Shown piece by piece: positions 51,638 to 61,953 of a stretch of DNA of 64,000 nt (within the stretch, counting starts at the first letter, position 1; the number at the start of each line of letters is the position of its first letter). Where the stretch lies: the sequence record MN871446.1, one strand, 5' to 3'. The DNA is from Klebsiella phage KpLz-2_45. Under the pieces are notes generated by a model. That model was not told the origin of the DNA. It saw only the letters and a program-made list of their open reading frames with translations, and searched no databases. The position numbers and the translations under genes are program-made.

Positions 51638-53010
51638 TACGATAACCCTCTTAAAGCGGCAGGGATCAACGCGTAAAGGATCGGCAAGTAATAGAACTGG
51701 TTCAAGTCGTCCCAATTGCGTGCGTCGTTAAACAACGCCATAACGTCCTGTGCCGATACTTGTCCTTTTTCGATGGCCTGCCAAACTAACGTTTCGAGAA
51801 CGGAAAGTTCCCCTGTCCGACGTCCGTAGAAGTCTTCACTAAAAATGTAGTAATCGTCAATCGTAACGTCTTTGATCCCTTTGTTCCATCCCTGGGAATA
51901 CGGAATGAGCACCTCTTCCGGGAAATACTGCTCAAGGGTATAACGTACTTTTGGTCGGGTACGGTAGCCTTGTTTCAACGAAACTGCTTTCGGTTTCACC
52001 TCCCAACTGTTCCGATACCGGTCAGACCGATTAGGGAAACAGACATACGGGATACCCATGTACTGTGGGCCACGGAAGAACGGATCATTCAAAAAGAAGT
52101 TTGAAGCGACGGCAGGGATCTTCGTCTCGACGATATCCATCATGATATCTTCTTGATCTAATAGCGCATCGAATACGGTTTTGATCTCTCTGATGGTACC
52201 GTCCATCACGTTAAGGAAAGCCATCCCGTGAAACGAGCCGATATTTTCATGGGACCAGAGCGCTGCTACAAAGGTGGTCAGGAAAGGATCGTAAATGACA
52301 TTCCGTCCTTGACCCGGTAAGGTCAGCGTGGCGTATTCCTTATCGTAGAACTTACTGAGATGGAACATCGGGATCTTTTCTCGCCATTCCATCAGACTTT
52401 GGTAGTCGCCATGCGCAGAGTCTGAAATAACGGGGTTAATCCCGGAATCCAGGAAGCTGGGAATAAAGAAGTATTCTTCGACCGTTTTGTCAGCGAGCTT
52501 CTTTGCGTAATCAGCGTTAAGGAAATCCCGCATGACGTATTCAATGCGGTACGTGGACTGCATGTAGATAGAGCGTTGCTCCGGTGGCGCTGACACTTGG
52601 AAAATCCCTACACGCCCGTCTAACAGAGTTGCCGTGAAAAGGTCTCCCACGTTTGGCCGTACGCCCGGGTACATGTTCGCTCCACCACGAACAGTGAATT
52701 CCTGGATTTCTGGTCGGAATTCTGGACTGACTTGAATAGGTTCTGTTACTTTCAGTTCAAGGTTATTGATCTTCTTGTACTGTTGGTTGATTTCAAGACG
52801 AGAAACCTGTAAGCCCGCTGGCGCGTTATCGCCGTTCAGAATTTGACTGTACCACGTCACCGGCCAACGTTTCCCTTCTATCGTCGTCAGGATTGTTCCT
52901 ACGGGCGTATAGGCGGTATCGATGGCAATATCCCGATACGGGGTTTTGTTCGCTTTAAACTGGGGAAGGGGCTGTGACGGTGCATCGTCTTCTTCGTTAA
53001 ACAGGGACAT
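51637..53010 (-). CDS. hypothetical virion protein, 457 aa
   Basis: ORF only. Confidence 0.6.
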   Translation of the reverse strand: MSLFNEEDDAPSQPLPQFKANKTPYRDIAIDTAYTPVGTILTTIEGKRWPVTWYSQILNGDNAPAGLQVSRLEINQQYKKINNLELKVTEPIQVSPEFRPEIQEFTVRGGANMYPGVRPNVGDLFTATLLDGRVGIFQVSAPPEQRSIYMQSTYRIEYVMRDFLNADYAKKLADKTVEEYFFIPSFLDSGINPVISDSAHGDYQSLMEWREKIPMFHLSKFYDKEYATLTLPGQGRNVIYDPFLTTFVAALWSHENIGSFHGMAFLNVMDGTIREIKTVFDALLDQEDIMMDIVETKIPAVASNFFLNDPFFRGPQYMGIPYVCFPNRSDRYRNSWEVKPKAVSLKQGYRTRPKVRYTLEQYFPEEVLIPYSQGWNKGIKDVTIDDYYIFSEDFYGRRTGELSVLETLVWQAIEKGQVSAQDVMALFNDARNWDDLNQFYYLPILYALIPAALRGLS

Positions 53011-53021
53011 TTACCGTGCTC

Positions 53022-54563
53022 CTATTGGAATGTGAATAAAGTGTTGAGTTGAGTCGGGAGAAGAATGTACCGGTATTTTGGCGAGTAGAACCTTCTGGCG
53101 GTGACGGCCAGATTACGGGCGGCGTCAACATAGTCCAGTTTCGATACTAATCTCCCCGGTTTAGCCGTCGGGTAGCTATATTTCTTACCGTACTCTGGGT
53201 CAAGACCATCGATGGCCATTTTAAGGTACTCAGGACGTTTTCTAAGAAGATCTACGGCAAAAGGCTGTAATGACATCAACTGAGTAAATAAACTGATTCT
53301 GACGTGATACAGGGACCTTAAATCAAGTTCTGTGTCCACCCAGATAGTCAGGTCTTCGTCAATCGTTATTGAACGAGGATCTAAAGGACGGTCATTTTGG
53401 TAGACGGCGACATGCACCCAACTACCCGTACGTTTGGTTAAGTACGCACGAGTTTCCTTCATGTATTCGACCAGTAGCGGATCGAAAGACATCTTAGGGA
53501 GGTCCGTGAGCGACAAGACCTTCTTCCGGTTCGTGGTATCGACTTGAATCAGGAACTGGGTCAGGTTCGCAGTATCGGCAGCCACCTGTGTCGGCATCCA
53601 GTCGTCAAACGAAGGGACAATGTTCCCTCTGTTTAAATTCTTGTAGAAATACTGCTCCTGGAATAGTTTACGGTAACGGGTCGAACTGATTGACCCGCGA
53701 CCCGTTAGAGGGTCAGCGTCATACCACGAAGTTTGAGTCCGGTGAGTTCTCGGAACAATCTGATTGTGGATAACTAACGGGTGTTTCATCATAAAGCCGA
53801 TAGGACGGTCAAAACCAAATCGATAACTGAACTCGATTTCGTACGCGGTACCGTCATCGACCTTATCTTCAATGGGTGGGGTATCAAACTCAAAGTTCCC
53901 TAAGATATCGAGCTGGGTCTCACGGAAAACGAACTGAGGTTTTTCAGCCCCTTGCGTAACCAGTACGGTGTTGTCAGCCAACAGTCCTTGTTTGAACCAC
54001 TCGCTAAAGCTGTCACCGTAACCTTCGACCTTTTCTCGCATTTTGTAAAAGAGATCGAAGAAGTCAAACAGTGTGTACGGTAATACGTAATTGAAATCGG
54101 CGTAGAACGATTGGTCGATAAAATGGTTGCGCATTAGTTTACGCATTCTACTTTGCCAATTCTTGGCTTCGTTTTTATCTTTAGTTCGGTAAGTAAACGT
54201 CAGGCGTGCTTTGACCGGTTCACGGAAGGTGGTCAGGTACGTGTTGATTTTGGGATCCGCCCAGACAATGTTATTGTCCGGGTAGTAGTACGCACTGGTT
54301 AGAATGTTATCCGGTTCCGGTTCTTCGCTGTAGGCGACCTTTACCTTCCCGTAGAACCCAAACCTTGCGGTATCAGTAGGATCCCATTCTTGCTGATTGA
54401 GCGTGGTTCGCCAAGTGGGGATTCCTCGCTCATCGCCCGCGTATTCGATAAAGGTGTCTTCGGGCATACCGGTTACACCGATGATCGAGCGAGTGACCGC
54501 CATCACGATTGGGCGGGTAATCATGACGTCAACGTCAGGTAACTCATATGTGAAACGTGGCAT
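53022..54563 (-). CDS. hypothetical virion protein, 513 aa
   Basis: ORF only. Confidence 0.6.
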   Translation of the reverse strand: MPRFTYELPDVDVMITRPIVMAVTRSIIGVTGMPEDTFIEYAGDERGIPTWRTTLNQQEWDPTDTARFGFYGKVKVAYSEEPEPDNILTSAYYYPDNNIVWADPKINTYLTTFREPVKARLTFTYRTKDKNEAKNWQSRMRKLMRNHFIDQSFYADFNYVLPYTLFDFFDLFYKMREKVEGYGDSFSEWFKQGLLADNTVLVTQGAEKPQFVFRETQLDILGNFEFDTPPIEDKVDDGTAYEIEFSYRFGFDRPIGFMMKHPLVIHNQIVPRTHRTQTSWYDADPLTGRGSISSTRYRKLFQEQYFYKNLNRGNIVPSFDDWMPTQVAADTANLTQFLIQVDTTNRKKVLSLTDLPKMSFDPLLVEYMKETRAYLTKRTGSWVHVAVYQNDRPLDPRSITIDEDLTIWVDTELDLRSLYHVRISLFTQLMSLQPFAVDLLRKRPEYLKMAIDGLDPEYGKKYSYPTAKPGRLVSKLDYVDAARNLAVTARRFYSPKYRYILLPTQLNTLFTFQ

Positions 54564-54631
54564 TATTCTTCCCTCTGGGGCCCGAAAAAGTCATAGGAAT
54601 GCAAGGCCAGAAGCCTTGCATTCCGGGTTTC

Positions 54632-55531
54632 TTAGAGGTAGATACGGCCTGGGACTTCTTTTCCTGGGAGATATTCTTCCCGACCAAACTCGGTGCCTTC
54701 CAGCGCGTTGTGGTCTTGTACTGCGGAACGGATCAAGTCCTCGAAACGGGACGCTTGTGCCTCAGAGACTGCCAACAGACGACGTCCGTTATCGGCCGTG
54801 GTGAGGACACCGTTCTGATCGAGATACCCTTTTAGTGTCTCAGCGAATGCAGTGGTCTGAAGACGATGTGCGATAGGGGAACGCAGCACAACTTCAATGA
54901 TAGGGTTTCCGATCCGACAAACCAGAATCCCTAATTCCTGCATTTTCTCTTCGCGTTGAGCGGCGACAACAGGGCGACCGTTTTTTACTTCCACCGGCAC
55001 ACGAGGCGCGACTTCAGTCTCAGGAGTGAAGAGAGGTTCTGCTGCCGGTGCTTCTTTTGGTACCGGGGGCACAGCGGTGTCCGCAGGGAAATCGTTACGA
55101 ACGGAGATCAGGAATTGCTCGAAGATCTCAAACATCGCTCGAGAACCTCTGATGTAGTTCAGGACATGATCGACAGAGTTCTGCGAATTGATTTGACAGG
55201 TAAATGAATCGATCCCGCCAACTTTGAACTGGTACGTATAAAGACCGTTATCTACGCTGGTGTTTCCTTCGAACTGGTCGTTCTTAATTCGAAGAAGACG
55301 AGGGTCAGCTTTACTGACCAGGTCGAACAGTTTCTTGTACAGCGCCGACCCGCTCACACCAAACTCAGTGGAGATACCTGACGGAGTAACGTTAAAGATG
55401 TTTTCCCCGGCTTTGTCGACGTTGACCAAATTACGGATAGTATAAATCCCCCTTTGGAATTCCTCGATGGTACCTTCGTAGGAAAACGATTGCTCAAAGG
55501 GAGCGGCGATAAAGTGAATAACAATAGACAT
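54632..55531 (-). CDS. hypothetical protein, 299 aa, Pro/Ala-rich linker
   Basis: ORF with a central PPVPKEAPAAEPLFTPETEVAPRVP linker. Confidence 0.55.
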   Translation of the reverse strand: MSIVIHFIAAPFEQSFSYEGTIEEFQRGIYTIRNLVNVDKAGENIFNVTPSGISTEFGVSGSALYKKLFDLVSKADPRLLRIKNDQFEGNTSVDNGLYTYQFKVGGIDSFTCQINSQNSVDHVLNYIRGSRAMFEIFEQFLISVRNDFPADTAVPPVPKEAPAAEPLFTPETEVAPRVPVEVKNGRPVVAAQREEKMQELGILVCRIGNPIIEVVLRSPIAHRLQTTAFAETLKGYLDQNGVLTTADNGRRLLAVSEAQASRFEDLIRSAVQDHNALEGTEFGREEYLPGKEVPGRIYL

Positions 55532-55586
55532 AGTGTTTCCTTATTGAACGACGTGTCAAATTAAACTGATAAAAAGTCAAAAATAA

Positions 55587-55610
55587 CAGAAGGACCTAAC
55601 GGTCCTTCTG
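55587..55610 (-). terminator. hairpin CAGAAGGACC-taac-GGTCCTTCTG
   Basis: 10-bp stem right after the gene ending at 55612. A-run on the plus strand gives a T-run on the minus strand. Confidence 0.6.
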
Positions 55611-55611
55611 C

Positions 55612-56841
55612 TTATGCTTTTAATAGTGACTCTTTTGCAAGCTGTTGCAAGGTGCGGGAAACATCGAGCAGTAAACTCGACAGTTCTACAGCCGGCGTTT
55701 TGACCCAGCGACTATAAGCGATCGGATAATCGATCAGGGTACTTAGCCGAACGTTCCTCGGTTCCTGAAGACCGTCTAGTTTCCGGTACGCGTCTTTCGT
55801 GAATTGTTTCACGCGACGCTCTAACCCAGTGAAGTTTTGATCCTCGATAAAACCGAGTACCGATAACCCAACCGATTTCACGTCGTCCATCAAATCGATT
55901 ACCTCTTGCGGTTGGAAAGGCGTAAAGGCGATCTTTTCTTTATCGATATAATCGGGGTCAGAGATCATGATCACTTTCTGTCGTTGGAGTTCTTTTGCGA
56001 GTTCCAACGTAGAGGCGGCCACAACATCCGTTCGGTCTACGACTAACGAAACACCCCCTAAGAGCGAGAGTGGCGTCTGGAGTTCACGTGGGAGTTTCTT
56101 CCAGAGTTCCTTAGCGAGTTCGTTCTGGTGCTCAATTGCGTTCAGTACGTTCTCGTGGCCTTCACTGGTGATTTTTTCAACAGACTTTTCACCTTGGTCA
56201 GCGACGTCCTTACACCACCCTTTGAGAATATCCAATATGGTTTTTTGGAGGGTACTATACTGCTTACGGACAGCACCGAAATCCTTAACCGTATTATTGC
56301 CAACAGAAAGGTGACGGATTGTTTTACCGGAAACAATCGACAATTTCTTATTAGAGTAGGATCGACCGATCTTCTCTTCTGCCATATTACGAATGGCGGT
56401 AGAGAGGTTAATCATACCGCGAATACGAATACGGTGGTGTTCCCAATAATCTGTGAGTTTCCCCCAGAGCGTATCGAGTAAAGCAGCGGCGGCTTTCAAG
56501 AGCTCCGAGAGTAATGAATTCAGTGACTCTAATGCAGGGTGACCCGATAATGCCGATTCTGAAGAAGGCATCACGGCGGCGTACTGTGCACCGGTGCCTT
56601 CAGCAAGGGATTCAGTGAATGCGAGGATAATATCCATTTCTTCTTGGGTAATTTCCTCAGGGGCGATTTGCAACCGCCCCTTCTGTTCTTCCTGGGTCAA
56701 ATAACGTTGACCCAGTTCTTCGCGTTCACGTATTTCGCTTATTTCAGAATCAATCTCATCAAGATCACGGCGGGTTTCAACACTGCCTTCGGCAGCGGTG
56801 ATCTCCTCCTCAAGAGAAGGAGCGCTAAATTGATCTTGCAT
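55612..56841 (-). CDS. paralog 1 of a 4-member tandem family (acidic N-terminus, possible internal head or scaffold protein), 409 aa
   Basis: Shares the ILAF/ILNIF...ESL..L..LW...DYW pattern with the three upstream genes. Confidence 0.55.
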   Translation of the reverse strand: MQDQFSAPSLEEEITAAEGSVETRRDLDEIDSEISEIREREELGQRYLTQEEQKGRLQIAPEEITQEEMDIILAFTESLAEGTGAQYAAVMPSSESALSGHPALESLNSLLSELLKAAAALLDTLWGKLTDYWEHHRIRIRGMINLSTAIRNMAEEKIGRSYSNKKLSIVSGKTIRHLSVGNNTVKDFGAVRKQYSTLQKTILDILKGWCKDVADQGEKSVEKITSEGHENVLNAIEHQNELAKELWKKLPRELQTPLSLLGGVSLVVDRTDVVAASTLELAKELQRQKVIMISDPDYIDKEKIAFTPFQPQEVIDLMDDVKSVGLSVLGFIEDQNFTGLERRVKQFTKDAYRKLDGLQEPRNVRLSTLIDYPIAYSRWVKTPAVELSSLLLDVSRTLQQLAKESLLKA

Positions 56842-56853
56842 TTTACCTCCCGA

Positions 56854-58113
56854 CTACGCTGGCGCGTTCAGGCGCATCGAAGTTGAGACCGCCTCTGGCG
56901 CAGTAGACTCAACAGAAGCAGAAATATACCGGAGCGAAGCCCTTACTGTTTTAACAACGTAACGGTAGGTTTTAAAACGGTCGCCTTCGATCAGTTTCAC
57001 CGAAGAACGCATTAAAGAACCCAGTCGAGAGATATTAATACTGGTTTGACTTTTCTTGTCTTCCAGAGTCTGAATAATAGCTTTAAACTGTTTTTCTACT
57101 TTATCGTAGCTACCTGAACTTTCGCGGCTGTTTTTTACGATATTGAGTAAATTTACCCCTTCGTCAATAATAATTTTTGCTTTGGCGGCGTTCAACGGTG
57201 CGCCGGAGAAAGTAATTCCACTTTGATATACTTTCACAAGGTTAGGTGAGAGCCCATCGAGCATTTTTATTAATGTATCAACAGCATTAACGAAAGAGTC
57301 GTCCATGCCCATAAAACCTTGACCGTTGATCTTTTTAACTAAAATAGAAGTCACTGCATAACCACCCGGTAATGGGAGGGATGCGACGTCTTGTACTTTT
57401 TCAAAGTTTCTACCGCCGAAGATAGCTTCGTTATGTGCGCGATTAGGGCCCGAAAATGTTTTTGATTCATTAGGTTGAGTCAGCACTCTCGAAATAGGTT
57501 CAGCGACTTTGGCGTAGCTCTGAATGACTGCGGCGGCTTCTTTCGATTCCTGGCCCGTGAAATGATCCTCTGCGTTAATCCATTTTTCAGCGACCGCCAT
57601 CGCGTTCTCGGCCAAGTCGGACAAACCATCGCGAACGTTAACCATCATTTCAAGTACGCCGCGAAGATTTACAAACTTATTCGGGAAGCTTTCATCTAAA
57701 GAACCTTGTACAGCTAACGCTCCTGTCACCGTTGGCAATAACGTAATCTTTTCTGTTTTAAAGTTACGATGCTCTGACAGCAGACCTTTTGCGGCTTCAA
57801 TTTCTTTTTCCGCCTGCTCTACGCCAATCAGATACGTTCTGGCCCAGTCTTTGAAATCACGGAAACGTTCCATGACCCACTCGATGAGGTTTTTGAGTGT
57901 TTCTTTGATTCTACTCGAAATTTTACCGAGTGTGCTATTTTTATCCCCATCGATTGTCACGGATTCGCGGTCGGCTTCGACAGATACTTCTGAACGCTCG
58001 CCCATGAAAATACCCAGAATTTTTTGGGCATCGGTAGGAATCGCTTGACAGGATTCCAAAGAAGCCTTTACTTCGCTGTAAACCGCTAAGTCTTTTAAAA
58101 GTTGTTCGCTCAT
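56854..58113 (-). CDS. paralog 2 of the tandem family, 419 aa
   Basis: Shares KILGIFMGE, the EAAKGL segment and the C-terminal RASLRYISAS with paralogs 3 and 4. Confidence 0.6.
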   Translation of the reverse strand: MSEQLLKDLAVYSEVKASLESCQAIPTDAQKILGIFMGERSEVSVEADRESVTIDGDKNSTLGKISSRIKETLKNLIEWVMERFRDFKDWARTYLIGVEQAEKEIEAAKGLLSEHRNFKTEKITLLPTVTGALAVQGSLDESFPNKFVNLRGVLEMMVNVRDGLSDLAENAMAVAEKWINAEDHFTGQESKEAAAVIQSYAKVAEPISRVLTQPNESKTFSGPNRAHNEAIFGGRNFEKVQDVASLPLPGGYAVTSILVKKINGQGFMGMDDSFVNAVDTLIKMLDGLSPNLVKVYQSGITFSGAPLNAAKAKIIIDEGVNLLNIVKNSRESSGSYDKVEKQFKAIIQTLEDKKSQTSINISRLGSLMRSSVKLIEGDRFKTYRYVVKTVRASLRYISASVESTAPEAVSTSMRLNAPA

Positions 58114-58130
58114 TTTTTCTACCTTAAGAA

Positions 58131-59618
58131 TTAATTTGGTTTCTGGCTATTTTCGTTTTCGTCTTGCTTCTCACCTTCAAGGGAAGCTTTAGCGTATTTC
58201 AACGCAGCACGCGAAGTGGAACCGAAGAAACTCACTAAGCTACTGGTCACTGAGGATGGCATACTTGCAACGGTAGAAACGATGGAGCGTAACGCTGAGG
58301 AGATACTGCCGCCGCCTTCGCTGGTTTCGTTAATGTTCATGTTAGCGATGTTCTGGCCAGCCTGATCAACGGCGCGATCGACTTGGGACTTCTTACTTCC
58401 CGAGTTCTTCAGTTTTAACATCGCGTTCGCTACCGCCAAGGCACCGTCTGCGATCTTCGCGGCGTCTGTCGGGGAACAGCGTGAGACTTCTTTGTCCTCA
58501 ACCTGGTGGTTACGTGAGTTCCAAAGTTTATTCTCTGCCGACAGATCAACTACGATAACCTTAGAGAACTTATACGCCTTTTCCAGCGCTCTGATTCCTT
58601 CGATCGGATTTTCTGTCGGGTTAACGGTGACCACAACTGCCGCTAATCGCGCGTTACCTAAGAAAGGTTCGGACGCTTCAACAACGGCATTAACAGAATC
58701 GTCGCCTTTGAGTAACACTTCATTAGCATCGCCTGGTAAACGAATGGTGAGTTCACCTGCAATCGCTTCGGACGGATGTTTTACGCTTTCGGCGAGCGTT
58801 TTAAACAATTGATTGAACGACGCTTCGCCGCCCGGCTGGTAGCTACCAATCGCGCTTGCTACCGCCTGTGCGTTACTGTAGGTATCCTCGATGACATTGT
58901 TCAATACCATGTCGGAGATACGACCCAGGCGCATCATTTCATTCGGAACATTAGGCCAGTTACCCTCGATGAGCAGTTTACCTTTCTCAGAGAATTCAAT
59001 GTCACCAGAGCCGGGCCTGGCGTGGGTGACTTCTTCTTTGAGTTGTTCAGCTAAACTCTTAAGTTGTTCAGCGCCGTTAAAGGCGTTTTCAAGCCAGTGA
59101 CCGAACCGACTGCGGGCTTCTTTCAAAAAGGCGGAGAATTTCTGCCACCATTCACGAAGGACTTCTTTAATCCCTTCCAGTGCAACTTTCGATTCATACG
59201 GCGTGATATGCGACGCAGACTCATTGGCGACAAAGGCACGGGCAGTTTGGATACCCATGCTGTTCGAGAAAATATTCAGAATCACAGCGGCTTCGGTAGA
59301 GAGAGATTGCCCTGCATTGATCTCTGGCGCGATGGCGTCGTAAACCGCTTGGTATTTATTCGTGGTTTCAGTCAAAGACGTCAAGCCCATGATGTCGGCA
59401 TCTACCGGATCAAGAGCGTTATCAATTTCGTCGGGTAATTCGCTTTCATTGGAGTCGAAGCCGATGGGACGTTCGTCGAACGATTCGACGGATTGTTTTT
59501 CTGGTTCTACAACGGCGGACTCAATCGAGACTTGTGGACGTCGTGCGAGGACGTTTTTAATCTTGGTCATTTTAAGTATTCCTTTCCCGGGAGAAGGCGT
59601 GTTAGGAAGAAAAGTCAT
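58131..59618 (-). CDS. paralog 3 of the tandem family, 495 aa
   Basis: VILNIFSNSMG...KVALEGIKEVLREWWQKFSAFLKE...AEQLKSL...RAALKYAKAS aligns with paralogs 2 and 4. Confidence 0.6.
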   Translation of the reverse strand: MTFLPNTPSPGKGILKMTKIKNVLARRPQVSIESAVVEPEKQSVESFDERPIGFDSNESELPDEIDNALDPVDADIMGLTSLTETTNKYQAVYDAIAPEINAGQSLSTEAAVILNIFSNSMGIQTARAFVANESASHITPYESKVALEGIKEVLREWWQKFSAFLKEARSRFGHWLENAFNGAEQLKSLAEQLKEEVTHARPGSGDIEFSEKGKLLIEGNWPNVPNEMMRLGRISDMVLNNVIEDTYSNAQAVASAIGSYQPGGEASFNQLFKTLAESVKHPSEAIAGELTIRLPGDANEVLLKGDDSVNAVVEASEPFLGNARLAAVVVTVNPTENPIEGIRALEKAYKFSKVIVVDLSAENKLWNSRNHQVEDKEVSRCSPTDAAKIADGALAVANAMLKLKNSGSKKSQVDRAVDQAGQNIANMNINETSEGGGSISSALRSIVSTVASMPSSVTSSLVSFFGSTSRAALKYAKASLEGEKQDENENSQKPN

Positions 59619-59619
59619 A

Positions 59620-59652
59620 CAAACCTACCGTCCACCAGGGACGGTAGGTTTG
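59620..59652. terminator. hairpin AACCTACCGTCC-accag-GGACGGTAGGTT
   Basis: 12-bp stem between paralogs 3 and 4. Confidence 0.55.
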
Positions 59653-59669
59653 GAAGTATGCATGTTTAA

Positions 59670-61928
59670 TTACGCAGCGGTTTTCGCTGAGGCTACAGCA
59701 TAATTCAGTGCTGCATTCACTGTACGAATAGACAGAGAGACCGTACTAGAACTGAACGCGTTCAAGAAACTAACGGTGTTTTGGAAATATGCGCGCAGCG
59801 CAGTGATTTCCTGTTTAACGTTTTCACCGGTCCCTTCAACGTTGTTCGACAGTTTCAGTAAACGATCGAGGTCGGGGAGCAGCGCACTCTCAGTTTTGCT
59901 GATATCGTCTGCCAGAGAAGAGTTTTTGATTTTCTTCAGAATCTCAATAGCGCTCTCGGCAACGGCGTTGATATCAGCCACAGAAAGCGCGGGCGCTTCT
60001 TTGACTTCACTACTTTCAGTGGCGACACGGAAAGCAGGTTCTTTCGCCCACTCGTGACCAGTGACGATGACAGTAAACACGTTGCCGCCTAACAGATTAG
60101 CGGTGTATTTAAACCCTTCGCCATCGACGTCAAACGGGCCGCGTTTAAGTACGTTGCTGTATTTCTCGTAAAGAGAGCTCAGGACTTCGCGTGTACCGCC
60201 ATTACCGCTGTAGTCTTCACCGTTCATGACTTTATCAAGAACGTTCTGACGAACCGCTTTGTGGATTTCGTTAGACGCGTCAATGACAAACCCTACGGTA
60301 TCGATCATGCCGGTTGATTTGTTTTTGAACTCATTGAACGCTTTAGCGAAGTTACCGTCAACTTTCCCGCCGGTAGTTAACTGAGAAAGAAACTCGCCTG
60401 AGACAGATCCGTTTGGTGTTTTACCCTGGTCGAGACCTTTCAGCGCTTCTGCTTTACGAATCAAAATGTCAGTGCGGCTAAAGGCGGAACGGATGAATTC
60501 TTTCCCTTTGGCCATTTTATCTTTGATGAACGCGATAATACGTTCGAACCACACTTTCATGTCTTCTTGAATTGACTCAACCGCTAAGCGAGTCTGGGTA
60601 CGAGAAGTGAAGTTGTAGTTCTCCAGGGAGACATCAGACTGCAGCGGGTTACCGTCGCGTTTCATGAAGATGTTCAGAATCATCATGGCTTCAACAGAAA
60701 CACCCTTACCGTCGAGGGATTTTTCCAGGACGTCAACCACCTGAGGATAGGTGTCAAGGGCTTCGGTCAGGATACTTTCTTCATCTTCGGTGCCGGTGGT
60801 GAAATCTTCAATCACCAGGTCGCCGTCGTCAGATTCCGGTGACAGGTCAACGGGTTCTTCCGCAACCGCTTCGACAACACCTTCTGCCGGTGCTTCCGCT
60901 GCCGGGGTCTCTGCTTCCGGGGTCTCGGTGACGACTTCTTCGACTACCGGGACTTCGCCTTCCACAACAGCAGCAACTTCTTCTGGGGTGTTTTCAGACG
61001 GCGCATCAACAACCTGCTCTTCCACAACCTCAGCACTTTCAGCGGAAACAATTTCGCCATCGTGCGTGTTTTCGCCTTTACCTTCGTCCACCACTTCACT
61101 TTCGCACGGTAGAGTTTCTTCACCCTGACCTTCTGCGGCAGGTTTTTCCTGGTCGACTTCGATATCGGATTCACCGGTGCCTTCGTCTACCGGTTTTTCC
61201 TGGACGGGTTTAACTTCTTCGCCTTTACCTTCGTCGACTGCAACCTGTTCAGACGGGAGATGCTGTTCACCCGCACCGGTACCGCCTTCATTCGGCGGAT
61301 TAGTGCCGTCAGATTCACACGCGCAATCTTCAGAGGAAACTTCTTCCACAACTTCTTCGGTATCGCCAACCACTTCGTCACTTGAAGGGACTTCGCCTTC
61401 TGGGGTGACGTCAGCAACGTCAACTGGCGCTTCTTCGGTTTCGGTCAGTTCTTCGGTGGCTTCTGGGGTGACATCGACTTCGTCGGTTTCCGCCGGTGCT
61501 TCCGCTTCGACTTCTTCTGCTTCCTCGATCACTTCTTCAGCAGTGGTGTCACCGCCTTCTGCGTTGTCGACTTCTGCAACAACTTCAGCAGCTGCTTCTG
61601 GGTCGCCTGCGGCGATGGCTTCAACCTGATCGACTGTGGCTTCGCCTGAGTCAGTTACCGGAACCACCTGCGGGGGTTCGATCGGCTCAATACCGTCTAC
61701 CGGGGCATCAGTCGCTACTGGCTCTTCTACGGTGGTTTCTTCCACAACTTCTTCGGCAGGGTCTTCGCTAACAACCGTTTCATCAACGGTGACGTCATCG
61801 GATACCGGAATATCTTCAGACGGCTGGGCATCGATAACTGCTTGATCGACGACTTCTTCCGTGTTCTCATTCTCAAGCGCTGGGCTTGCTTTACGTGAAA
61901 GAACACGTTGAGTGTAAGATAATTTCAT
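59670..61928 (-). CDS. paralog 4 of the tandem family, with an about 370-aa highly acidic repetitive N-terminal extension, 752 aa
   Basis: N-terminal E/D/V/P-rich imperfect repeats (VDEGKGEE.KPV.EKPVDEGTGE). C-terminal 380 aa are homologous to the paralogs (MILNIFMKRDG...RLAVESIQEDMKVWFERIIAFIKD...NAALNYAVASA). Confidence 0.6.
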   Translation of the reverse strand: MKLSYTQRVLSRKASPALENENTEEVVDQAVIDAQPSEDIPVSDDVTVDETVVSEDPAEEVVEETTVEEPVATDAPVDGIEPIEPPQVVPVTDSGEATVDQVEAIAAGDPEAAAEVVAEVDNAEGGDTTAEEVIEEAEEVEAEAPAETDEVDVTPEATEELTETEEAPVDVADVTPEGEVPSSDEVVGDTEEVVEEVSSEDCACESDGTNPPNEGGTGAGEQHLPSEQVAVDEGKGEEVKPVQEKPVDEGTGESDIEVDQEKPAAEGQGEETLPCESEVVDEGKGENTHDGEIVSAESAEVVEEQVVDAPSENTPEEVAAVVEGEVPVVEEVVTETPEAETPAAEAPAEGVVEAVAEEPVDLSPESDDGDLVIEDFTTGTEDEESILTEALDTYPQVVDVLEKSLDGKGVSVEAMMILNIFMKRDGNPLQSDVSLENYNFTSRTQTRLAVESIQEDMKVWFERIIAFIKDKMAKGKEFIRSAFSRTDILIRKAEALKGLDQGKTPNGSVSGEFLSQLTTGGKVDGNFAKAFNEFKNKSTGMIDTVGFVIDASNEIHKAVRQNVLDKVMNGEDYSGNGGTREVLSSLYEKYSNVLKRGPFDVDGEGFKYTANLLGGNVFTVIVTGHEWAKEPAFRVATESSEVKEAPALSVADINAVAESAIEILKKIKNSSLADDISKTESALLPDLDRLLKLSNNVEGTGENVKQEITALRAYFQNTVSFLNAFSSSTVSLSIRTVNAALNYAVASAKTAA
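61100..61330 (-). repeat. imperfect tandem coding repeats (about 45-60 nt units) encoding acidic VDEGKGE/KPV units
   Basis: Repeated GTCGAC.TCG, TTCACCGGTGCCTTCGTC and CGGTTTTTCCTGG segments on the plus strand. Protein-level repeats in paralog 4. Confidence 0.45.
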
Positions 61929-61953
61929 TTACAAATTCTCCTGGAGAGGGGGT

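Noticed and set aside
60751-61845. Plus-strand ORFs (125, 150, 91 and 69 aa) inside the acidic-repeat gene
   Set aside because: Generated by the GA-rich tandem repeats. Their translations are S/T/A homopolymer-like.
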